DNA of 64,000 bases from NCBI GenBank assembly GCA_028715415.1, contig JAQURX010000008.1, positions 2,495 to 66,494 of the forward strand, read 5' to 3'. The notes under the pieces are model-generated. The model was not told where the DNA came from, did no database searches, and worked only from the letters and a program-made list of their open reading frames with translations. This document shows, piece after piece, positions 39,490-49,290 of the stretch (position 1 is its first letter; every line of letters begins with the position of its first letter). The translations under genes and the position numbers were made by a program. The stretch comes from Candidatus Omnitrophota bacterium. GTDB lineage: Bacteria; Omnitrophota; Gorgyraeia; Gygaellales; Profunditerraquicolaceae.

Positions 39490-40929
39490 TTAATCGGGCC
39501 TTAACAAAGGAAATAAAATTACTTCCCTTATTGAGGGTTGATCCGTAAGGAGCATAACCAATCTATCAATTCCAATGCCTAATCCTCCAGCGGGAGGCAT
39601 ACCATGTTCTAAGGCCAAAACGTAATCTTCGTCCACTGTCTTCATTTCATCTTTATTCAAATCCCCAATTTCTTCTTCAAACCGTTTTTTCTGGTCGCGA
39701 GGGTCATTTAACTCTGAATAAGCATTCCCGACTTCCATGCCGGCAATATATAATTCAAATCTTTCCGAAATAAGAGGGTCTTCTTTTTTAGTTTTAGCCA
39801 ACGGCGACATACTTGTAAAATAATCCGTGACAAATGTCGGGCCAGCGTTCATTTCCTGCTCTAATATATCCTCAATTATTTTTCCTACCTGAGTACGGCT
39901 TAACCTTACCGCATCTTTACCAAATCCTTTTTCCTGCAATTTCTTTAACATAAGTTCCGGCTCATCTTTTGGCTCAATACCAAATCTTTCTTTTACAACT
40001 CCGGCAAAAGAAATCCTCGTCCATGGAAGCGCCAAATCAATAGTCTTGCCCTGATAAACAAATTTAGTGTCCCCCAAAGCTATTCTTGCTGCCTCGGTAA
40101 TCATATTTTGCGCTAAGTCCATCATATCTTCAAAATTAGCATACGCGCAATAAACTTCAAGCATGGTAAATTCAGGGTTATGCCTCGTAGAAACTCCTTC
40201 ATTGCGAAAACTACGGTTTATCTCATAAACCCTATCAAGCCCGCCGACTAAAAGCCTCTTTAAATACAATTCGGGAGCAATCCTCATAAATAACTCAAAA
40301 CCATATTCATTATGAAAAGTTTTAAAAGGCCTGCCGGCAGCTCCTCCGGGGATAGGATGCATCATCGGAGTTTCAACTTCCAAAAATCCCTTTGCGTCTA
40401 AATAATCCCTGATTGCTTTTATAATCTTAGCTCGCTGTAAAAAAACCTTCTTTACTTCTTCGCTTGAGACCAAATCCAAATAACGCTGCCTATACCGGGT
40501 ATCAACATCTTTTAAGCCATGCCATTTTTCCGGAAGAGGCCTTAGCGCCTTAGAAAGGATTTTAAATTCTTCAACCTTAATCGTAGGCTCTCCGGTGTGA
40601 GTCTTAAAAAGCTCTCCCTTAACACTCATAAAATCAGCTATATCAACATCATCTAAAAGGCTAAAAACTTCCTTTCCAATGATATCCGCTTTCATATATA
40701 GCTGGAGGCGGCCGGTTGTATCCCTTAAGTCCATAAAGATAACCTTACCGTGCTGCCTTTTAGCAGTAATTCTACCGGCAACACAGGTTTTTGAAGCCTC
40801 CTGAAAATCCTTTAAAACACTGCCGATATCCACTCTTTCTTTAGGAGCGCTATCGTAAACAGATATACCTTTTTGTTTTAAAGACTCTAATTTGTCTATT
40901 CTCTGCTGAATAATCTCATTTATTTCCAT
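39490..40929 (-). CDS. lysS: lysyl-tRNA synthetase (class II)
   Basis: 479 aa. N-terminal OB fold and class II motifs 1-3 (...FRNEG..., GGLGIGIDRLVM). Confidence 0.9.
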   Translation of the reverse strand: MEINEIIQQRIDKLESLKQKGISVYDSAPKERVDIGSVLKDFQEASKTCVAGRITAKRQHGKVIFMDLRDTTGRLQLYMKADIIGKEVFSLLDDVDIADFMSVKGELFKTHTGEPTIKVEEFKILSKALRPLPEKWHGLKDVDTRYRQRYLDLVSSEEVKKVFLQRAKIIKAIRDYLDAKGFLEVETPMMHPIPGGAAGRPFKTFHNEYGFELFMRIAPELYLKRLLVGGLDRVYEINRSFRNEGVSTRHNPEFTMLEVYCAYANFEDMMDLAQNMITEAARIALGDTKFVYQGKTIDLALPWTRISFAGVVKERFGIEPKDEPELMLKKLQEKGFGKDAVRLSRTQVGKIIEDILEQEMNAGPTFVTDYFTSMSPLAKTKKEDPLISERFELYIAGMEVGNAYSELNDPRDQKKRFEEEIGDLNKDEMKTVDEDYVLALEHGMPPAGGLGIGIDRLVMLLTDQPSIREVILFPLLRPD

Positions 40930-40971
40930 AGTTTTTTAATTATATATTATAATTACTCCTCTGTCAATTAA

Positions 40972-41005
40972 AGAAAACCCGTCTTTTGCTAAGACGGGTT
41001 TTGCT
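40972..41005 (-). terminator. rho-independent terminator downstream of htpX-like gene
   Basis: Stem AAAACCCGTCTT/AAGACGGGTTTT, followed on the minus strand by a U-rich run (TTTTCTTT). Confidence 0.6.
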
Positions 41006-41040
41006 TCTTGCCTTACTTTATCTTATTATATTTCAGGCTG

Positions 41041-42003
41041 TTAACTAACTTTATATTCGCTTAATTGCTTGATCCTTTTGAGCATGTTTGGATGCGTGCT
41101 CAAAGCCTCTAATAATCTGTCACCAAAGTTTAATTTAACACTCTTGGATTTTAGCAACATTAACTCACTTGAGTCAATTGTTCCATCTTTATCTAAATCC
41201 AACTGGCTCAATTCTTTAACTTCGCTCAAAGCCCTTGAAGGGTCATTTACAAAAAAGGCTTTTAATCCTTCCACTTCTTTTATAGAATCTTTATTCATTC
41301 TAGCTGATCCATAGGCTAATTTATATAAGCTGGATGCTAAACTTGAAGGCTTATTACCTAACTCAATTGAACCTCTATCCGCAAAATACTCTCTGATGCG
41401 AGAAGCGTAAAGCACCAAAAGGTTAGTTATAAAATAAAAGATAAAAGCTGCCAACCCAATCAAAGCAGTATTCCCTCCTCTTTCATCCCGCCTTCTTCCA
41501 TAGAATAAAAACTGCCAGGCGATCCTATACATTATCATCGGGATAACTGAAAGAAGCGTAATTGTTAAAACATCCCTATTTTTAAGGTGGCTTAATTCAT
41601 GGCCTAATACCGCCTTTAGTTCTTCCTCGTTAAGCAGGTTTAAAATCCCCTCCGTAACACAAACCCTTCCGTCTTTAATTGACCTGCCGAAAGCAAAGGC
41701 ATTGGGAAGCGGTATTTGCGCAACACAAACTCTTGGAGCCGGAATCCCTGCCCTCATCGCAAGGCCTTCAACCATCTGATAAAGCCTTGGATATTCCTGC
41801 CTTGAGACATACTTAACACGCATCGTCCACTCAACGATCTTAGGCCCGATCATATACTGAATAAACATCATTACCAATGAAAGCCCGAGGTAAAAATAAA
41901 AATTACTTACTCCCATATACGAGCCAATCATAACAATAACCGCATATATGATCGCAAAAAGAACTGCCACTAATAGATACATCCGTAATTTCAAGAAAAA
42001 CAT
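41041..42003 (-). CDS. htpX: M48-family HtpX-like membrane zinc metalloprotease with C-terminal EF-hand-like loop
   Basis: 320 aa. Two N-terminal TMs, HExxH (HELSHLKNRD), two further TMs and a C-terminal STHPNMLKRI motif. An inserted DLDKDGTIDSSEL matches the canonical 12-residue EF-hand loop. Confidence 0.75.
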   Translation of the reverse strand: MFFLKLRMYLLVAVLFAIIYAVIVMIGSYMGVSNFYFYLGLSLVMMFIQYMIGPKIVEWTMRVKYVSRQEYPRLYQMVEGLAMRAGIPAPRVCVAQIPLPNAFAFGRSIKDGRVCVTEGILNLLNEEELKAVLGHELSHLKNRDVLTITLLSVIPMIMYRIAWQFLFYGRRRDERGGNTALIGLAAFIFYFITNLLVLYASRIREYFADRGSIELGNKPSSLASSLYKLAYGSARMNKDSIKEVEGLKAFFVNDPSRALSEVKELSQLDLDKDGTIDSSELMLLKSKSVKLNFGDRLLEALSTHPNMLKRIKQLSEYKVS

Positions 42004-42031
42004 TTTAATCTACCCCCTTACATTTTAAAGA

Positions 42032-42055
42032 AAGGCCGGGATTATCTCCGGCCTT
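42032..42055 (-). terminator. putative terminator hairpin after DUF1573-like gene
   Basis: AAGGCCGG-N8-CCGGCCTT stem. The flanking U-richness is modest. Confidence 0.4.
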
Positions 42056-42060
42056 GGATT

Positions 42061-42426
42061 TTATTTCTCTACTTTTGCCTTGATTATATAACGAATAACT
42101 GGATTGTCAAGATTATCAGTATTAACATAGATAAACTGCTGCACATCCCCGGAATAACCTTTTGAATTGAATGCAACCTCTAACAAAGTAGTTTCCTGCG
42201 GCTTAAGCGTTTTATTCTTAACATCTGAAACCGTACAACCACAAGACGTAGAAACCTCCCTTATTTTAAGAATCTTTTCAGTTTCATTTTTAATTAAAAA
42301 ACTGTGCTTCGCAATTTCCCCTGCCTTAACTATCCCAAAATCCCATTCAAGAGGATTGCTATTCCCGGCAAAACAACATGAGAAAGATAAAAACGCTATG
42401 CAAATGACTAAAAACTTCCTAAACAT
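42061..42426 (-). CDS. small secreted protein, DUF1573-like (conserved SCGCT motif)
   Basis: 121 aa. Signal peptide, then ...IKNETEKILKIREVSTSCGCTV... The family assignment is from memory of the DUF1573 CGC motif and is not verified. Confidence 0.45.
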   Translation of the reverse strand: MFRKFLVICIAFLSFSCCFAGNSNPLEWDFGIVKAGEIAKHSFLIKNETEKILKIREVSTSCGCTVSDVKNKTLKPQETTLLEVAFNSKGYSGDVQQFIYVNTDNLDNPVIRYIIKAKVEK

Positions 42427-43616
42427 TACCCCCTCCAGATTAAAAATATTCCTAAACCAAAAAATAAGAATATCATTAATAATTTTATCGTTAAGAGATG
42501 CTTCTTTAAAAAGTTAGAAAAATTATTCGGCGTAGTCCCTGCAAGCGCCAAAATAAATATAACCAAAAGCGGAATTATAAACATTAAATTATAAATTAAC
42601 AAATAAAGCAAAGCCTGAAATTTAAGAGTTGCCGTTTTTAAAACAAAGCTTATCGTGGGAAGATAAGTTTGCCCTGTGCAAATCGCTTCTAATATAGAAA
42701 CCGAGACTCCGGTAACAAACGCTGTAGAAATTATCGGTAAGAGATGTAACCGTCCGGAAACTGCCTTTTCTTGTTTTCCTTTTTCTTTGCGATAATGCAA
42801 TCCGATAACATAATGAATTTTATTCTTTATTGATTTAGGAAGCTGCAGCAACAACCCTTCAGTATCCCCCGTTTTCTTATATTTAAAGAAATCATACAAG
42901 GCAAAACAACCTAAAATCACACTTAAAATTCCTATAGAAAAGTTCGCAATTTTAGTAACCATCCAGAAGCCCTTTAAAGCATAAAGAAAATTAAAAACAC
43001 CTAATCCCAATAGAAAATATGTCAAAAATACTGCTAAAATAAAACTAAGCCCAATAACAATGAGCTCTCTTCTTCTATACCCTTGAAAAGAAAGAAAAGA
43101 AACAAAGAAAACTATCACTGTAAAAGCGCAAGGATTTATCCCATCAACTAAGCCCGCGCCAACAATAGCGGCTAATTTAAAACTCTTAAAATACTTAACT
43201 ATATCTATTTTCGCAACCTCATCCTTATAACCTTGATTATTCAAAGCATCGGAAATAAAGCTCGTAAGAGCAATTTTAACCTGGCCCTCTGTAGTAAGAA
43301 ATCTTCCATTAAGAAAAAATACCGGTAGATCTATTTTTAGATTAGCCAAGTATTTTTCTTTTAAACCAAGCAGATGTTTATAGTTTTCCACGTCAGAAAT
43401 ATCCCTATATTCAATTTCAACTCTGCCTTTAAATTCTTTCTCAATCTCGGGCATTACTTCGTTCTTGACTTCAATACAACGATGGCATGAAGGCGAATGG
43501 AAAATTACCAGCTTAGCCAATGGCTTTTCACCCTGGCAATATGCAATTATAGGAATTGCGGTTATGATAACAAAAATTAAGAATAACTTCAGCCTTTTCA
43601 TAAATATATAATACAT
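42426..43616 (-). CDS. thiol:disulfide interchange membrane protein: N-terminal thioredoxin-like CxxC domain fused to DsbD/CcdA-type transmembrane domain
   Basis: 396 aa. Signal/TM, a thioredoxin-like SPSCHRC motif, then a polytopic domain with NPCA (GINPCAFTV) characteristic of CcdA/DsbD. Confidence 0.6.
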   Translation of the reverse strand: MYYIFMKRLKLFLIFVIITAIPIIAYCQGEKPLAKLVIFHSPSCHRCIEVKNEVMPEIEKEFKGRVEIEYRDISDVENYKHLLGLKEKYLANLKIDLPVFFLNGRFLTTEGQVKIALTSFISDALNNQGYKDEVAKIDIVKYFKSFKLAAIVGAGLVDGINPCAFTVIVFFVSFLSFQGYRRRELIVIGLSFILAVFLTYFLLGLGVFNFLYALKGFWMVTKIANFSIGILSVILGCFALYDFFKYKKTGDTEGLLLQLPKSIKNKIHYVIGLHYRKEKGKQEKAVSGRLHLLPIISTAFVTGVSVSILEAICTGQTYLPTISFVLKTATLKFQALLYLLIYNLMFIIPLLVIFILALAGTTPNNFSNFLKKHLLTIKLLMIFLFFGLGIFLIWRG

Positions 43617-43700
43617 TCATTCCCTCCAAATTCAAGTAAAAACCAAAGTCAAATATTTAAATTGACAGCATAACTGATTTATAATAAACTTAAAATCACT

Positions 43701-45020
43701 ATGGGCCAAATAAGGTTAACCCTGCAAAACCGGATTACCTCACTTCTGATTATCTCATCCATCCTATTTATCAGTGCGTTTACCCTTATTCAGCTTAATA
43801 ACCAGATTGCCAGCATCAACAGATTCAATTCTTACCAGGCAAATTTTGCCAGCATAATCGCCAAAAATAATCTAGAAGCAGCTGTAAAACAAGCTGAACC
43901 AACTACTATCTCAGACTTAATCCAAAAGAGCCTTAACGACCTCTCCAGCGGCGGAGTTATTAAAAATGCCACGGTTTTTGATGCTGAAGGAAAAGTTTTG
44001 GCTTCTACGGACTCTAAATCTGTCGGAGAAACCGTCCGTTATAAAGAACTCAATAAATTTTCCCAGCTTGAAGAATTATCCAAATCAGATAAATGGTTCA
44101 TACCCGAAGTAGACAAAGTTAGGCAAAGCCTTGATTTATACCTGGCAATACGCACCAACCAAACAAAACCTTTGGATATGGTAACAAAACTCTCTTTCCC
44201 CCTTGGGAACATTCAAGGTGCTCTCTCGGAAGTCTATCTACCTGTGATTATTACAGTTTTTATCATTGTCTTAGCTAATATCGTTTTTGGATATTTGCTT
44301 TCTAAAACCGTTATTGGCCCAATTAAAATACTTAACGAAGTTACAAAAGAAATCGCTCAAGGGGACCTCTCTATCAGGACAAGCATACATACAAATGATG
44401 AGTTAGAAGAATTGGGCTCGACATTTAATTATATGACAGAAGAATTAATTAAAATGAAGGATCGCGCCGAAAATGCAAACCCCCTGACCAAACTACCCGG
44501 CAATATCGTTATTCATGAACAGATCGAAGAAAGAATCACTAATAATAAGAAATTTATGGTAATTTACTGCGACTTGGATAATTTCAAAGCTTTTAACGAT
44601 AAATACGGAATTGCTAAAGGTGATGAAGCTATTAAGCTGACCTCGGAAGTATTCAAAGAGGCTGCAAAAACAAAAGGCAATACAGATGATTTTGTAGGGC
44701 ACGAAGGTGGAGATGACTTTATCTTAGTTACCACTCCAGACAAAGCCGAAGCAGTCGCATCGCATATCACCACTGAATTTGACAAGCGCGTACGCAGCCT
44801 TTACAGCGAGGAAGACCTTAAGACCGGCTTTATTATCGCCCACGCCAGAGACGGCTCAATCAAACAATTCCCCATCATGACAATTTCACTTGCAGGGGTA
44901 ACCAACGAAGCCCGCCCGATTTCCAGTTATGGAGAAGTTACCAACATCGCCGCAGAAATTAAAAAGAAAGCGAAAGCAATTGAAGGAAGCGTTTTTGTGG
45001 TGGATAAGAGGAAAGATTAG
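43701..45020 (+). CDS. membrane sensor with HAMP domain and GGDEF-family output (GGDDF variant) - putative diguanylate cyclase or degenerate GGDEF
   Basis: 439 aa. TM-periplasmic-TM topology, a HAMP domain (LNEVTKEIAQGDLSIRT), then a GGDEF-family domain. The domain carries DLDNFKAFNDKYGIAKGDEAIK and HEGGDDFILV (GGDDF instead of GG[DE]EF). Confidence 0.75.
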   Translation: MGQIRLTLQNRITSLLIISSILFISAFTLIQLNNQIASINRFNSYQANFASIIAKNNLEAAVKQAEPTTISDLIQKSLNDLSSGGVIKNATVFDAEGKVLASTDSKSVGETVRYKELNKFSQLEELSKSDKWFIPEVDKVRQSLDLYLAIRTNQTKPLDMVTKLSFPLGNIQGALSEVYLPVIITVFIIVLANIVFGYLLSKTVIGPIKILNEVTKEIAQGDLSIRTSIHTNDELEELGSTFNYMTEELIKMKDRAENANPLTKLPGNIVIHEQIEERITNNKKFMVIYCDLDNFKAFNDKYGIAKGDEAIKLTSEVFKEAAKTKGNTDDFVGHEGGDDFILVTTPDKAEAVASHITTEFDKRVRSLYSEEDLKTGFIIAHARDGSIKQFPIMTISLAGVTNEARPISSYGEVTNIAAEIKKKAKAIEGSVFVVDKRKD

Positions 45021-45039
45021 CTTAATTCCACAGACACAA

Positions 45040-46149
45040 CTAACAAACCAACCTGTCGTATACTGCTATAACTTGATTAATTTTATTTTCCCAAGAATAT
45101 CTTTTCGCCTTGTTTCTTGCGTTTAGGCTTATTTCCTCTTTTTTCACGCTTGATAAATTAGAAATCACATTTATTGTTTTCACAACTTCCAAAGGATCAT
45201 TAAAGTCTGCGATAAAACCGTTTATACAGTTATCAATTTTATCTCTATAAGGAGCGATATCATTCACAAGGCAGATACATCCATTTGCCATTGCTTCAAC
45301 TAAACTAAAACCAAACCCTTCGGCAGTTGAAGGAAAAAAACAGATATGCGCATTAGAAATAAATCTTAAAAGTTCCTCTTGCGGCACAAAACCATGCCAT
45401 TTAATCTTATCATCTATCCCTGACAGCCTCGAATGATCTTTTAAAACAACAGAAATATTATTACTAGATAAACCAAACATATTAATAACCCATTTTTCAT
45501 TTGCGATTTGCGACAAAGCGTTAAATAGCAAATCTACTCCCTTATTCTTATCTATGCGGCCAAAATAAACAAACTTTCCAGAGTCGTAAGACCTAGTATT
45601 TGTTTCAAAACTCTTAATCTCTACGCCATCTTCAATAAGCTGTATTCTGCAATTCCCTTCCTCATTTAGTATTTCAAAGTCATGAAGACTGCTACAAATT
45701 ACAGAATCAATGCATTTATTAATTGTCTTTTTATAATATAGCTTCCAAAGCACTCTCTTTAAAAGTGCAAAATCTTCAGTATGAAAAACTAATCCGTGAG
45801 TAGATAGCACTATTTTATATTTAAAAATATTTTTCAAACTCAATACTGTCTCGTAAAAAAACCTTAAATCATGAATATGAATGATATCGGCCCAGCGGAA
45901 AAGATTAAATGGAATATTTAATGGAAATATTTTTTTATAATGCCCAACTACCGGTACCCGGATTACCTCTATACCATCAACGAGTTCATGCTTTGAAAAT
46001 TTATTCTTTCTGGATAAAACGTCGTATTCGGCCGTTAGAACCTTACAATTAATACCCCTTTGTATAAGATTTCTTGACATTCCGAGAATATATTTCTCAG
46101 TTCCTCCTATGCAAGGATAGAACCTTCTAGAGATATGCAGAATATTCAT
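45040..46149 (-). CDS. glycosyltransferase, GT4/GT1 family
   Basis: 369 aa. MNILHISRRFYPCIGGTEKY N-terminal GT-B fold. EX7E-like C-terminal region (FFPSTAEGFGFSLVEAMANG). Confidence 0.75.
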   Translation of the reverse strand: MNILHISRRFYPCIGGTEKYILGMSRNLIQRGINCKVLTAEYDVLSRKNKFSKHELVDGIEVIRVPVVGHYKKIFPLNIPFNLFRWADIIHIHDLRFFYETVLSLKNIFKYKIVLSTHGLVFHTEDFALLKRVLWKLYYKKTINKCIDSVICSSLHDFEILNEEGNCRIQLIEDGVEIKSFETNTRSYDSGKFVYFGRIDKNKGVDLLFNALSQIANEKWVINMFGLSSNNISVVLKDHSRLSGIDDKIKWHGFVPQEELLRFISNAHICFFPSTAEGFGFSLVEAMANGCICLVNDIAPYRDKIDNCINGFIADFNDPLEVVKTINVISNLSSVKKEEISLNARNKAKRYSWENKINQVIAVYDRLVC

Positions 46150-46159
46150 GTTTTCTCAC

Positions 46160-47608
46160 TCATAATTTTATAGGCACAGACTTGTACTTTTCAAGCTTGT
46201 TTAAAGTCAAAAGAGAAAATGCTACTATTAATGCCATTAGAATCCAAGGAAAGCTCAACCAATAACCTTGAGTAAATTGGTAAGCAATTGTTAAGCATAG
46301 GCAAGAAACAAAAGTTATAAGAATCATATTCTTTAATAACCTGGACCTTGCTTCAATAAAAACCTTCCACATTAATTTAATCAAAATAACGTGAATCCAA
46401 ATTAAGCAGGACAATCCAATAATTCCTGTGCTATGCAGAGTATCAAGAAAAAAATTACCGATTCCTAATACTTCAATATCTTCGTAAATATGAAAAAGAT
46501 TCAAATGTGCCTGTGTTCCGTGTCCAAAAAATAGCTGTAAATCAAACTTAATATCTTTCAAAACAGTACTCCACGCCCAAATCCTATCCCACCCTGTCCC
46601 GGTATAATAACCAAACATGCTCCAAAATTTTAATTTATACCCTGAAAAAATCTCCTTATCCAGAATAAACCAAATTGCAACAATAGTAGAAAAAACAAAG
46701 GAAACAAGAAAACAGTCTTTCAGAAAAGTAGAATATTTTAACCTTAGTAATTTCAAAATTATACTCAATATAATCACCCCTAATAAATACGCTAGCCATG
46801 CGCCACGAGTATAACTAAACAGTAGGCCTAAGAGAGAAATCTCAAGTCCTAATAATATTAAAACTGAATATTCTTTTAATCCAAGCCTCCTGGAAATAAA
46901 AAGCCCAAAGAAAACTAAAGCAAAGAAACAACAAGTACTGCCATAAATATTTGGTTCTTGCATAGTAGCAAAAATTCTGTAAATTACTCCTCCTTGTCCG
47001 TCGATAAAATGGTAAGCTAAGATTCTATCAACTCCGAATAAAACAAGCCCAAATACCCTGGAGAATAAAAGAGACACTACGCCGAATAAAACCGCTGAAA
47101 TCCCCAAACACAAGAACAATTGAATAATACGCCTAATTTTTAAATCGTGTTTATTGAGAGAAAATATAAAGTTGACTATAACGAAATAGAATGAAATATA
47201 CATTGCCAACAAAGCAACCTTCCTTAACGACAAGGCTTTAATCGGAGAAAAAAATATTGATGAAAATAAATTTAAAAACAAGAATATTGCCAGTGGTAAA
47301 TCCAAAGGAGTTTTAAAAAAACTTACTTTCCTGAGTATAAAAGGTAGGAATAATAACCCGATTTGTTCAGGCCTAATAGTAATATTGTTAAAATCTACTT
47401 TCAAACCATGCAAAAAGCTAAAAAAAACCAAAGCAATGAAGTATTGTTTAACGGAAATTAGAGAACCTAAGGCAAAAATAGAGGCAATTAAATACAAACA
47501 TACAATATCATTAGCCTTATATAAAAAAGAAAACAAAACTATTAAAACCAAGAAAAAGATTGTTATATTTCTAAGATAACCATTATCGTATAAATTTTCT
47601 TTTTCCAT
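46160..47608 (-). CDS. O-antigen polymerase/ligase-like polytopic membrane protein (Wzy/WaaL superfamily)
   Basis: 482 aa. About 10-12 TMs with a large periplasmic loop near the C-terminal third, the topology of the Wzy_C family. Confidence 0.55.
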   Translation of the reverse strand: MEKENLYDNGYLRNITIFFLVLIVLFSFLYKANDIVCLYLIASIFALGSLISVKQYFIALVFFSFLHGLKVDFNNITIRPEQIGLLFLPFILRKVSFFKTPLDLPLAIFLFLNLFSSIFFSPIKALSLRKVALLAMYISFYFVIVNFIFSLNKHDLKIRRIIQLFLCLGISAVLFGVVSLLFSRVFGLVLFGVDRILAYHFIDGQGGVIYRIFATMQEPNIYGSTCCFFALVFFGLFISRRLGLKEYSVLILLGLEISLLGLLFSYTRGAWLAYLLGVIILSIILKLLRLKYSTFLKDCFLVSFVFSTIVAIWFILDKEIFSGYKLKFWSMFGYYTGTGWDRIWAWSTVLKDIKFDLQLFFGHGTQAHLNLFHIYEDIEVLGIGNFFLDTLHSTGIIGLSCLIWIHVILIKLMWKVFIEARSRLLKNMILITFVSCLCLTIAYQFTQGYWLSFPWILMALIVAFSLLTLNKLEKYKSVPIKL

Positions 47609-47614
47609 TATTGA

Positions 47615-48400
47615 TCATCCGCCTTTTTTAAGCATGCTGTAAACAAAAGGAGAATTCTTTTTTATAAACACGCTGTCCTGCTGAAAAGGCAAATTACAGG
47701 AAAAACTTCTATGTTCTTTAAGGCTGCCAAAATAAAGAAAATCCATATCTAACAACATACGATATACTCGATCAAACAAAGGTTGGTCCTTATAAAGCTC
47801 GCAAAAAGCTGTTTCAATAATAATTATCGGCACGCGGCTTAAGATCTTTTTACCGCCATTTAGAACTTTATCTTCATAACCCTGCACATCAATCTTAAGC
47901 AGCACATTATCTTCCAAAACAATTTCGTTAAATATATTATCCAGAGTATCAATAATTATTAGCTCGTTACTGTTACTATTTAAATCAAACGGAACCAAAT
48001 TATGATAAAATTCGCTTTTTTGAAGGAATGACGCGTTTTGAAGAGATTCACTTCGAAAAAACAACCGGTTACACTTTTCTTCTCCTAAGGCAAAATTATA
48101 AGACTTAAAATTCTTATGTCTTGCCATATTATGCGTTAACTCCCGAAAACATTCACCAATAGGCTCAAAGGCATAAATTCTTGCTTCCGGCAAAAGTTTT
48201 GAAATCCACAAGGAAAATTGTCCGGTATTCGCCCCAACATCAATTACCGACCTAATACCTATTCTTTTAATCCAAGAAAAATCATTATCTGAGAAAATAT
48301 CTGTTTTGTTGTACCAACTGAATAAACCTTTATCAAGGCGCACGATTTTAAAACCTAATAACAATAATATTTTCTTTAATAGTTGTTTAAAAATATTCAT
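47615..48400 (-). CDS. FkbM-family SAM-dependent methyltransferase
   Basis: 261 aa. VIDVGANTGQFSLW is the FkbM-family glycine-rich motif. Confidence 0.75.
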   Translation of the reverse strand: MNIFKQLLKKILLLLGFKIVRLDKGLFSWYNKTDIFSDNDFSWIKRIGIRSVIDVGANTGQFSLWISKLLPEARIYAFEPIGECFRELTHNMARHKNFKSYNFALGEEKCNRLFFRSESLQNASFLQKSEFYHNLVPFDLNSNSNELIIIDTLDNIFNEIVLEDNVLLKIDVQGYEDKVLNGGKKILSRVPIIIIETAFCELYKDQPLFDRVYRMLLDMDFLYFGSLKEHRSFSCNLPFQQDSVFIKKNSPFVYSMLKKGG

Positions 48401-48415
48401 GGCTAATATAAAAAA

Positions 48416-49273
48416 TTATTTATTTAGAATAAACTTTTTCGTATCAGAGAATCTCTTTTTATAAAAATTATTAACCTGCACTAAGCCAAACCTATCAAAC
48501 AATCTAGAGGTTCCGCACCTTACCAAATGAAACAAAAAATATAAAAATGAAGTAACCTTATTACCGCCATTTTCAATTTTAGCTTTACAAATCTCCCAGC
48601 AACCAAATTGCCAATTGATATCCGAAACTCCGCCTCTTCTCATATTTGCCAAAGTCATATCCAGATAAACAAAATTTGCCTTATTTTTGTAAAACCGTAA
48701 TAGCAATTCATAATCCATTGCAAATCTATACTTTTCTCTAAAAATCCCTAAGTCCTGATAGAGTTTTCTCTTTACGAACACCGTCGGATGATTCAAAGTC
48801 ATTTGGACATTTAATGCTTTATCATTTGCTAGAAAGAGAAACTCCTTCTTCTCGTTTTTCCAATACTGAAGATTACCATGAATCACATCAAATTTCTTAA
48901 TTCTTTTTATTATTTCTTCAACGCAATTTAATTCATACCAATCATCAGAATTGATAATACCAATAACCTCACCTTTAGACAATGAAATCCCAATATTAAA
49001 TTTTTCCGATATTCCCTTTACTTCTGAACTCTGCCAATAATCAATAGAATCGTCATATTTTCGGATTATATCCAAAGTTCTGTCAACCGAGCCACCATCA
49101 ATTACTATATATTCGATATTCTTATAGCTCTGGCTCAATACGCTAAGAATAGTTTGCTCAAGATACCTTTCCCCATTAAGCACAACCGTAATAATGCTAA
49201 CCAATGGTTCTTCTGGCCGCGTTATCCTCACAACTTCTTTTAATCTTCTCCCACCCTGACAATTAATTATCAT
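48416..49273 (-). CDS. glycosyltransferase family 2
   Basis: 285 aa. GT-A fold: SIITVVLNGERYLEQTILSVLSQSY..IEYIVIDGGSVD (DxD-type). Confidence 0.8.
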   Translation of the reverse strand: MIINCQGGRRLKEVVRITRPEEPLVSIITVVLNGERYLEQTILSVLSQSYKNIEYIVIDGGSVDRTLDIIRKYDDSIDYWQSSEVKGISEKFNIGISLSKGEVIGIINSDDWYELNCVEEIIKRIKKFDVIHGNLQYWKNEKKEFLFLANDKALNVQMTLNHPTVFVKRKLYQDLGIFREKYRFAMDYELLLRFYKNKANFVYLDMTLANMRRGGVSDINWQFGCWEICKAKIENGGNKVTSFLYFLFHLVRCGTSRLFDRFGLVQVNNFYKKRFSDTKKFILNK

Positions 49274-49290
49274 TATTATTAAGAATTATA

